Position numbers and translations under genes: made by a program. A stretch of 64,000 bases of DNA from Candidatus Eiseniibacteriota bacterium. GTDB taxonomy: Bacteria > Joyebacterota > Joyebacteria > Joyebacterales > Joyebacteraceae. The stretch covers positions 29,004 through 93,003 of the forward strand of contig JBDRFG010000008.1 in NCBI GenBank assembly GCA_043819135.1, read 5' to 3'. Shown one piece after another: positions 56,661 through 64,000 of this stretch. The first letter of the stretch is position 1. Each line of letters opens with the position of its first letter. Below the pieces are notes generated by a model. That model did not search any database. It saw only the letters and a program-made list of their open reading frames with translations, and had not been told where the DNA came from.

Positions 56661-56676
56661 TGCCATTCGCGTGCCA
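56661..56676 (-). promoter_or_regulatory. sigma54 (-24/-12) promoter
   Basis: TGGCACGCGAATGGCA (GG-N10-GC). Confidence 0.6.
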
Positions 56677-56703
56677 ACATGGGGCATTCAAGACCGCATG
56701 CGC

Positions 56704-56732
56704 TTGCCCAAAGACGCACCAGGGTGCATAAT
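56704..56732 (+). promoter_or_regulatory. sigma70-type promoter of the DUF3857 pair
   Basis: TTGCCC-17 bp-CATAAT. Confidence 0.55.
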
Positions 56733-56804
56733 TGGCCCTGAAACGAATCACAGGAGCGCCCGGGGCCTCGACTCCGGGCTCAACCGGGGATGGGGGAACC
56801 AGAG

Positions 56805-58784
56805 ATGCGAGAACGCACACGAAGCTCCCTTGGCCTTCTGCTAGCGGTCGCCGTGGCGGCGCTGCCGACGCTCGCTCACGCGGTTCTCGAGCCGCTGGAG
56901 CTGTCGGAAGCCGTCAGCCTGGCGAACGCCCTGGGGGGCCTCGAGAAATACCCGGACGCCAATTCCGTCACCGGTCTCGACCACGCGCGCATCGAGTTCG
57001 ACGAGAGCGGCGCCTACGAGGAGTACAACCACACATTCACGAAGGTGCTCACCGAAGAGGGGCGGGACAGCAACGGCAGCGTGGCGCTCACCTACCACAG
57101 ACGATACGGTTCCGTCGAGATCGTGATGGCGAGAGTCGTCAAGGCCGACGGAACGGAGATCGTGGTCGGAGAAGACCTCATCACCGAGGGCACGCCTCCG
57201 GCTGTTTCCGCGATGAACATATTCGAGGAGGACTTCCGGGAAGTGTCTGTCGTCTTTCCGGGCCTGGAGGTGGGTGACGCCGTCGAGTACATTGTCCATC
57301 AGAGCTACGAGCCGCTGATCGACAACGGCTTCACCGGCATCTATTTTCTCCAGCATGTAGAGCCCATCGCCGAATCCCGAGTGACGATCGTCGGCCCGTC
57401 GAGTCTCCCGCTCGTCCACGTCGTCAAGAACGGCGAAGCTGAGTTCACGGAGAGCACCGACGGCGGCCGCACGACCTACACGTGGACCACGCGCGACGCG
57501 CCCAAGATCGAGCGCGAACCGGCCATGGCGCCTCCGAGGCAGTTCGCCATGAGGCTCATCGTCTCGACGATGCAGACTTGGGAAGAAACGTCCCGCTACG
57601 TCTGGAAGATGGTCGACGAGAAATGCGTGGCGGAGGATTCCATTGTGGACCTCGTGGCCGAGATCACGGACGGGCTGACGTCCACCGAGGACAAGATCCG
57701 AGCCATCCACTACTGGATCCTCGCGAACGTGCGCTACCTCGGCATTGCGATGGACCGCGGCGCGTTCCTCGAGCCGCACCTCGCTGCCTACACGCTCGAG
57801 AAGGAGTACGGCATCTGCCGGGACAAGGCGACGCTCATGATCACGATGCTCTCGGAGATCGGCGTGCCTGCCTGGATGGTGGCGATCAATCCGAGCCACA
57901 GGATGGACACGGAGATACCAACCATCTACTTCGAGCATGGGATCGTGGCCATCGAGGGGCCGGACGGCGACTACCTCTACATCGACCCAACGATCGAGGA
58001 AACGCGCGAGGTCTACGCCGCCTACGTCGGCGACCGTTACCTCCTGGTCGCCACGGAGGAAGGTGAGGACATCCGACAGGCCCCGCACGTTCCTGCCACC
58101 GCAAACTCGGGCGACATCACGGACCGCGCGGTGCTGACAGACGACGGAGGCATCGAGGGCGATGTCACCATCACGGGGAACGGCTTCTACGAGCTCATAC
58201 TCCGGACCGTCAATAAGAACATGGGTCGGGAGCAGTTCGAGGACACGGCCCAACAGATGCTCAATGGCGTCTACCCGGGAGCCGAACTCAAGAGCTTCTC
58301 GGTCACGGACGCCGACGACCTCTACGAACCGACGACGATCGAATTCTCCTATCGCATAGACGACTACGCGCTGAACGCGGGGCCTTACACGCTCTTCCGC
58401 GTTCCGGCCGCGACAGGCTCGTTCGAGCTGTTGTCCGAGTTCCTCTTCGAGCGGCTGGTGGGACTGCCGGAACGTCAGTACCCGGTGGCTCTGGGAGTCA
58501 CCCTCGGAGTCGACGAGAAGGCGGAGGTCGTGCTTCCCGACGGATTCAGCGTGGAGAACCTGCCTGACGCCGTCGATTTCGAGGCGGGCGCCATCAGCTT
58601 GTCCATGACCTACGAGTATGTGCCGCGGGACGCGGGCGGAGGCGGGGTCATCCGCTACAACAGGAGATTCGGGATCGACGCTTTCGAAATCTCCCCCGAG
58701 GACTACCTGAACCTGAAGGAAGCGGTCAGACTCGCCGCGAGTTCCGAAAAGGGCGAGGTCATTCTCAAGAGAGAGGAGGGCTAG
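56805..58784 (+). CDS. Secreted DUF3857 + transglutaminase-like protein, catalytic triad intact
   Basis: FPGLEVGD; GICRDKA (Cys), FEH (His) and IDPT (Asp). Confidence 0.88.
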   Translation: MRERTRSSLGLLLAVAVAALPTLAHAVLEPLELSEAVSLANALGGLEKYPDANSVTGLDHARIEFDESGAYEEYNHTFTKVLTEEGRDSNGSVALTYHRRYGSVEIVMARVVKADGTEIVVGEDLITEGTPPAVSAMNIFEEDFREVSVVFPGLEVGDAVEYIVHQSYEPLIDNGFTGIYFLQHVEPIAESRVTIVGPSSLPLVHVVKNGEAEFTESTDGGRTTYTWTTRDAPKIEREPAMAPPRQFAMRLIVSTMQTWEETSRYVWKMVDEKCVAEDSIVDLVAEITDGLTSTEDKIRAIHYWILANVRYLGIAMDRGAFLEPHLAAYTLEKEYGICRDKATLMITMLSEIGVPAWMVAINPSHRMDTEIPTIYFEHGIVAIEGPDGDYLYIDPTIEETREVYAAYVGDRYLLVATEEGEDIRQAPHVPATANSGDITDRAVLTDDGGIEGDVTITGNGFYELILRTVNKNMGREQFEDTAQQMLNGVYPGAELKSFSVTDADDLYEPTTIEFSYRIDDYALNAGPYTLFRVPAATGSFELLSEFLFERLVGLPERQYPVALGVTLGVDEKAEVVLPDGFSVENLPDAVDFEAGAISLSMTYEYVPRDAGGGGVIRYNRRFGIDAFEISPEDYLNLKEAVRLAASSEKGEVILKREEG

Positions 58785-60758
58785 ATGAAGAAGCTCGCAT
58801 TCACACTGACGGCTCTGGCCCTTCTCGCGGGCTGCGCGACTCTGACACCGCCTGTCGGCAAGGTCGCCCCGGTTGATGAGGGTTTCTCGCAGTGGTTCGA
58901 CACGGACGTCGCCGGTCTCGTAGAGAACGCCCCCGACAAGGAGGACTATCCCGACGCCTCGGCCCTGCTCCTCAAGGTGCAGGAGACAGCGGAGGTCGCC
59001 GACGACGGGTCGGTTGTGACGACGCGTAACAAGCTCATCAAGGTACTGACGCTCAGGGGCCGTGAGCGATACGGCAATCAGTCGTTCCTGTTCAACACGG
59101 AGCTTTCGGAGCTTTCGTTGGTCAAGGGCGTAACGACCACGAAGATGGGACGGGTGGTCGAGGTGGAGGAAGACGCAGTCAACGAGGTGACGCCGGCGTT
59201 CCTCGAGGGAGCGTCGATGTACGCCAACGTCATGGAGAAGGTCGTCTCGTTCCCGGTGGCGGGACCGGGATCGACAATGGAGCTTCAGCTCAGGGGCGAC
59301 CACCAGCCGGCCGCCGACGGCAGCTACTCCGGCATCGAACACATGGGCGCCATGGACCCGCTGTTCGACGCCTCCTTCACCATCCGCTATCCCGAGGGCG
59401 CGGAAGCTCCGCAGAGCGTCGGTTACACGGGGAGCCTGGGCGCCACGACGATAAGAAAATCCGCCGATCCGTGCGAGATCGTCTACAGCGTCTCCGACGT
59501 CCCGGCCCTGGTCGAAGAGGAGAACATGCCTCCGGCTGATGAGCTCTATCCGACCGTCGTCTACTCGTCGTACACGAGCTGGCAGCAGCCGGCTGAGTTC
59601 TTCGCGGGCGAGTTCTTCCCGCGCGTCGAGACCAGCGGAGAGATAGTGTCGCGCGCGACCGAGTTGACGCGGGGGTTGTCGTCCAGCGAGGACAAGACGC
59701 GGGTGCTGTTCCTGGACGTCGCGACAGGCGTCAGGAACGTGCATATGCGACTGGGCCTCGGTGGGTACGCCCCGAACGACGCAAGCCAGGTGCTGAAGAA
59801 CAAGTATGCCGACACGCGCGACAAGGCGGTGCTTCTCATCAGCATGCTGCGCGCGGCCGGCGTCGACGCGTACCCCGCGCTGGTGGCCGGAAGCCCGGAC
59901 GCCCGCTTCACAGAGTCGGTGCCGACTCTCAAGCAGTTCTCGCGCATCCTCGTCGCGCTGCCGGACGGCGATTCCTACCGCTTTCTGGACCCGTTTCTCA
60001 ACGACGCATCCTACGGCTTCGTGCGGTGGGGGCGCGGGAACACGAGTCTGGTGGTCAAAGACGACGGCTCCGGCGAACTCGTGGATGTCCCCGGCTTCCG
60101 CGCGTCGGAGAACCACTCGCAAAAGAGCATGCTGGTGACGCTCGACGGTGACGGGAACGCGGACATCCGCGCTTCCTGTGACCTCACGGGCTACTTCGAC
60201 AGGAAGACGCGGATAGACCTCAAGGACGCGACGACGCCGGAGGAGCAGAAGCTGTTCGATACGGCCGCGAACCTGGTGTCCGCCGGCGCGTCCGATTCCG
60301 ACCACTCGCACTCGGACCTCACTGACCTCGTCGAGCCGGTCACCGTGCTCCAGAACATCGAGGCGGAGGGATTCGCGGTGCCGCAGGGCGACATGATGAT
60401 CGTCCACCTGCCTCCGTTCCCCTACTCGTTCGCCGCGACGGGCGTCTATCCGTCGCTTTCGGAGCGCCGCTACGCCTTCGAGTTCCCGTGCGAATTCCGA
60501 AGCGACTTCGAGATCCATCTGTCGCTGCCGGAGGGATACGAGGTTGCGTGGGCGCCGGAAGACGTTATGCTCACGACACCCGACGCGGTGTTCGAGCTGT
60601 CGTGTGAATTGCACGAGGATGAGCGCAGCGTGGTCTGGAGACGGTCGGTGGCCGTCAACGAGCGCAGCGTCGCCGTCCACAACTACGACAAGTTCAAGGA
60701 GAGCTACGACGGCCTCATCTCTCCAAAGAACCGGCTGCTGCTACTGAAGAAGATCTAG
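58785..60758 (+). CDS. DUF3857 + transglutaminase-like lipoprotein, catalytically degenerate
   Basis: Lipobox LLAGC; ADTRDKA (Cys to Thr), FSR (His to Arg) and LDPF. Confidence 0.85.
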   Translation: MKKLAFTLTALALLAGCATLTPPVGKVAPVDEGFSQWFDTDVAGLVENAPDKEDYPDASALLLKVQETAEVADDGSVVTTRNKLIKVLTLRGRERYGNQSFLFNTELSELSLVKGVTTTKMGRVVEVEEDAVNEVTPAFLEGASMYANVMEKVVSFPVAGPGSTMELQLRGDHQPAADGSYSGIEHMGAMDPLFDASFTIRYPEGAEAPQSVGYTGSLGATTIRKSADPCEIVYSVSDVPALVEEENMPPADELYPTVVYSSYTSWQQPAEFFAGEFFPRVETSGEIVSRATELTRGLSSSEDKTRVLFLDVATGVRNVHMRLGLGGYAPNDASQVLKNKYADTRDKAVLLISMLRAAGVDAYPALVAGSPDARFTESVPTLKQFSRILVALPDGDSYRFLDPFLNDASYGFVRWGRGNTSLVVKDDGSGELVDVPGFRASENHSQKSMLVTLDGDGNADIRASCDLTGYFDRKTRIDLKDATTPEEQKLFDTAANLVSAGASDSDHSHSDLTDLVEPVTVLQNIEAEGFAVPQGDMMIVHLPPFPYSFAATGVYPSLSERRYAFEFPCEFRSDFEIHLSLPEGYEVAWAPEDVMLTTPDAVFELSCELHEDERSVVWRRSVAVNERSVAVHNYDKFKESYDGLISPKNRLLLLKKI

Positions 60759-60830
60759 ATCCTGCGATGGGTGCGGATCGTCGCGGCACGAGGTCTCGGC
60801 GGTCCGGCCCCTCCCGCTTCGCGAGTTTCC

Positions 60831-63800
60831 ATGAGATACCGCGCGCTTGAAGAGATAGCGGGAAAGATCGAGCGGAAGCACATTCCGTTCTCGGACCTCA
60901 TGCCGTGGCGAGTGCGCCGAATCCTCCTCGTGTCGAGTCTCTACGACTCGTTCACGTTCCAGGAGGACGGCAACCTCGGCGAGATGCTCTTCTCCGAGTA
61001 TCAGGAACTCAATCTGAGCTCCGTCCCCACTATCACCAGGGTGTCGACGGCCGAGGAGGCGGTGCGGGAACTCGCCGACACCAAGCCCGACCTCGTCATC
61101 ACGATGCCTCGCGTCGGCGAGATGGACGTCTTCGAGTTCGGCCGTCAGTGCAGAGAAATGGCGCCCGAACTCCCCGTGGTTCTCCTGGCCTACGACACGC
61201 GCGAGCTGGCGATTCTCAAGGAGAGACTGGAACGCAAGGCCATCGACAGGTTCTTCGTGTGGCTCGGCGACGCCAGGGTCTTTCTCGCCATTATCAAGTG
61301 GGCGGAGGACCTGATGAACGCCGGGCACGACGCCGAGATCGCCGGGGTCAAGCAGATCCTCCTCATCGAAGATTCGATCCGATTCTACTCCGCATACCTG
61401 CCGATGCTCTACGGCGAGATAATGCTGCAGACGCAGACGCTCATGGCCGAGGGAGTCAATCGTATGCAGCAGTTGATGCGCATGCGGGCTCGACCCAAGG
61501 TGTTGCTGGCCGGGAGCTACGAGGAGGCCGAACAGCTGTTCCGGGCGAGCGGCGAGCATCTGCTGGGTGTCATCTCCGACGCCCGATTTCCGAGGGCCGG
61601 CAAGTCGGATTCGTCCGCCGGACTCGAATTTGCCCGCATGGTCAAACAACAGGATGCGGGCACACCCGTTCTCATTCAATCGACCGACGAAGGGATCGCA
61701 AAGAAGGCGGAGGAACTGGGAGCCGCGTTCTGTCGCAAGACGTCACCGAGGCTCCTGCACGATGTGCGCGGGTTCATTCGCAAGCATCTGGGGTTCGGCG
61801 ACTTCGTGTTCCGGGACGAGGGCGGAGCCGAGGTAGCTCGGGCCGACGACCTCCGCAGCCTCGTCGATGCGCTCAAGACCGTCCCGGAAGAGTCGCTTCT
61901 GTTCCACGCTAACCGCAACGACTTCTCCACCTGGCTGATGGCGCGTACTGAGTCCGACCTCGCCAAGGCTCTCAAACCCCGGAAGACCGACGAGTTCACG
62001 AGCCCGTCCGCGATGCGCGACTATCTGCTGTCGGCGGTCCGAACGTATCGGAGCCGCTCCCGGGCCGGCCTGGTCGAGGAGTTCTCCAGTGCGACGTTCG
62101 AACCGGAGACCACTTTCTCGCGGATAGGCTCGGGGTCGCTCGGAGGCAAGGGACGAGGCCTTGCGTTCGTCAACTCTCTCCTGAACGCATACGAGATCGA
62201 GGACCGCATCGACGGCGTCCACATCCACGTTCCGAGCAGCGCGGTCGTGGCGACGGGCGTGTTCGACCAGTTCATGGACGAGTCGGGGCTGACCTCGTTC
62301 GCCCTCGACGAAGAGGATGACGGGAAGATTCGCGAGGCGTTCCTGGCGGCCGAGTTCCCTGGTGAGACCAGGGACGAGCTGTCTTCGTTCCTGTCGCGGG
62401 TGGAGTATCCCCTGGCCGTGCGTTCATCGAGCCTCTTCGAGGATTCGTCGTTCCAGCCGTTCGCCGGCGTGTATCAGACCTACATGATCCCCAACTCCAA
62501 CGCGGACCTGGACGTTCGTCTCAACGAACTCTGCCGCGCGATCCGCCTGGTGTACGCGTCCACCTACTCCGCGGACTCCAAGGCCTACATCGAGTCGACT
62601 CCCAGCCGCCTGGAAGAGGAACGGATGGGCGTGATCATCCAGCAGATGGCCGGGCGAAGGCACGGCGACTACGTCTATCCGAACCTGGCCGGCGTCGCGC
62701 GCTCCTACGACTTCTATCCGGTTAAGGGAATGAAGGCCGAGGACGGCATCTCCTCGGTGGCTCTCGGGCTGGGCAGGATGGTGGTGGAGGGAGGCCGCGT
62801 GGTGCGCTTCTCCCCTGCCCACCCGAACAAGCTCTTCCAGTTCTCCTCGACGAAGGACTACCTGAACAACGCGCAGCGCGAGTTCTACGCGCTGGACATG
62901 ACCTGCGACGCGCCGGTCTGGAGCGCCACCGATCGGGTGGACGCCAATCTGGCTCTCTTGGGTCTCGATGTGGCGGAGGAGCACGGCACGCTCGACCGCG
63001 TGGCGTCGGTGTATTCCGCCGAGAACGACCGTATCTACGAGGGCACGGGCAGGCCCGGGCCCCGGCTCGTGACGATGGCCGGCGTCCTGGATGGCTACTC
63101 GTTCCCCCTGGCCGAGACGCTCCGGCTTCTCCTGGAGGTCGGGAAGGCCGGCTTCACCAGCCAGACGGAGATGGAGTTCGCTGTCAATTTCGCCGACAGG
63201 CCCGGCGAGCCGCACGAGTTCGCGTTCCTGCAGATTCGACCGATGGTCTTCGGCGGCGGGTTCGAGGACGTCGACCTCGGTGGGATAGAACCCAGAGGCG
63301 CCGTGGTACTCTCCGACGGTGCACTGGGTCACGGCCACATCGACGACATCAGGGACATCGTCTACGTGAGGCAGGACACGTTCGACAGAAGCAGGTCCGT
63401 CGACATCGCCGCGGAGATAGGAACCCTGAACGACCGGCTTACGAAGGCCGGCCGCCCCTACCTTCTGATCGGGCCTGGCCGCTGGGGCAGCGCCGACCCG
63501 TGGCTGGGCATACCGGTGCGGTGGACGCAGATCTCGAGGGCCCGCTGCATCGTCGAAACGGAACTCCCCGACATCAAGGTGGAGCCCTCGCAGGGCACCC
63601 ACTTCTTCCAGAACATCACGTCCTTCGGCGTGGGCTACTTCACGGTGAGCGGGAGCGGGCCAGGCGCGTTCATCGACACGGCCTGGCTCGATGCGCAGCC
63701 CGCCGAGTCGGAGACGGCTCACGTGCGCCACCTCTCGTTCGATGATCCGCTCGAAGCGGCGGCCAACTCGAGAACGGGCCACGGCGTAGTGCTGAAACCG

Positions 63801-63833
63801 GGGGTCCGGCTCACCGGACACGCCGACGAGTAG
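60831..63833 (+). CDS. Receiver-like domains fused to a PEP synthase/PPDK N-terminal ATP-grasp domain
   Basis: ILLVSSLYD..EDG, ILLIEDS, GGKGRGL, AVRSSSLFED, FAGVY, GPGRWGS and SQGTHFF. Confidence 0.85.
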   Translation: MRYRALEEIAGKIERKHIPFSDLMPWRVRRILLVSSLYDSFTFQEDGNLGEMLFSEYQELNLSSVPTITRVSTAEEAVRELADTKPDLVITMPRVGEMDVFEFGRQCREMAPELPVVLLAYDTRELAILKERLERKAIDRFFVWLGDARVFLAIIKWAEDLMNAGHDAEIAGVKQILLIEDSIRFYSAYLPMLYGEIMLQTQTLMAEGVNRMQQLMRMRARPKVLLAGSYEEAEQLFRASGEHLLGVISDARFPRAGKSDSSAGLEFARMVKQQDAGTPVLIQSTDEGIAKKAEELGAAFCRKTSPRLLHDVRGFIRKHLGFGDFVFRDEGGAEVARADDLRSLVDALKTVPEESLLFHANRNDFSTWLMARTESDLAKALKPRKTDEFTSPSAMRDYLLSAVRTYRSRSRAGLVEEFSSATFEPETTFSRIGSGSLGGKGRGLAFVNSLLNAYEIEDRIDGVHIHVPSSAVVATGVFDQFMDESGLTSFALDEEDDGKIREAFLAAEFPGETRDELSSFLSRVEYPLAVRSSSLFEDSSFQPFAGVYQTYMIPNSNADLDVRLNELCRAIRLVYASTYSADSKAYIESTPSRLEEERMGVIIQQMAGRRHGDYVYPNLAGVARSYDFYPVKGMKAEDGISSVALGLGRMVVEGGRVVRFSPAHPNKLFQFSSTKDYLNNAQREFYALDMTCDAPVWSATDRVDANLALLGLDVAEEHGTLDRVASVYSAENDRIYEGTGRPGPRLVTMAGVLDGYSFPLAETLRLLLEVGKAGFTSQTEMEFAVNFADRPGEPHEFAFLQIRPMVFGGGFEDVDLGGIEPRGAVVLSDGALGHGHIDDIRDIVYVRQDTFDRSRSVDIAAEIGTLNDRLTKAGRPYLLIGPGRWGSADPWLGIPVRWTQISRARCIVETELPDIKVEPSQGTHFFQNITSFGVGYFTVSGSGPGAFIDTAWLDAQPAESETAHVRHLSFDDPLEAAANSRTGHGVVLKPGVRLTGHADE

Positions 63834-63916
63834 TTCGCCCTCACCGCCCAATCGGATCGTGCTCGTGTTCTCTGCAGACCGCACCCTCTTCTCAGGACCA
63901 GCGACGACCGTACACA

Positions 63917-63952
63917 GCGAGGCGGCAGAAGGTAAACCCTCCGCCGCCTCGC
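63917..63952. terminator. Stem-loop, possible terminator
   Basis: GCGAGGCGGC...GCCGCCTCGC, 10-bp stem after the last gene. Confidence 0.45.
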
Positions 63953-64000
63953 GTTCGGTGCGGAACCGCTGTGCGGTCCGCCCTCGAGTCACTTCACCGC

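Noticed and set aside
56841-60680. 1279-aa antisense ORF
   Set aside because: Shadow of the two in-frame DUF3857 genes; GC-rich codon bias removes antisense stops and the translation has no motifs
56790-63833. Three consecutive genes in one frame separated only by TAG (possible amber recoding or pyrrolysine)
   Set aside because: The second gene has its own RBS and lipoprotein signal, each protein looks complete, many genes here end normally in TAG, and no pyl genes are present
1-64000. tRNA, rRNA, known riboswitches, transposases, integrases, defence systems
   Set aside because: None recognised by eye; an Infernal, tRNAscan or DefenseFinder run would be needed to exclude divergent cases

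Overview
High-GC, gene-dense bacterial chromosomal segment from a diderm (it has Tol-Pal) and probably anaerobic lineage (2-oxoacid:ferredoxin oxidoreductase, DUF3795, GlmL-like). An FCB-related affiliation is inferred only from a Fibrobacter-type SOS box. I found no rRNA, tRNA, CRISPR array, prophage or transposase. Left to right: ftsH(3' end)-folP-cdaA-DUF2723; M16 peptidase and DUF885; a small island of orphan genes with four sigma54 -24/-12 motifs; a YIP1-led tolQRAB-pal-LysM operon; an outer-membrane channel/SSS uptake operon with an unannotated 40-aa membrane protein; an arylsulfotransferase; korAB-nitroreductase, preceded by a ~250 bp helically phased array of DnaA-box-like 9-mers; a ~17 kb DNA-damage cluster (lexA with two TGCAC-N4-GTGCA boxes, DUF6504-like, ogt, GlmL fusion, GyrI-like, divergent fpg, dinB, DUF72, two DUF3795, MrfA-like helicase, MrfB-like exonuclease); an ArsR-controlled permease/thioredoxin operon ending in an arsC remnant; a tusA-dsrE-iscS-like operon whose IscS has Asp in place of the PLP-binding Lys; site-2 protease and HAD genes; an active/inactive DUF3857-transglutaminase pair; and a receiver-domain/PEP-synthase ATP-grasp protein. 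The best candidates for undescribed systems are the desulfurase-dead IscS + TusA + DsrE sulfur relay, the LexA/DinB/DUF72/DUF6504 repair cluster, the phased DnaA-like array and the sigma54 orphan island. All family calls come from motif recognition by eye, not from database searches.
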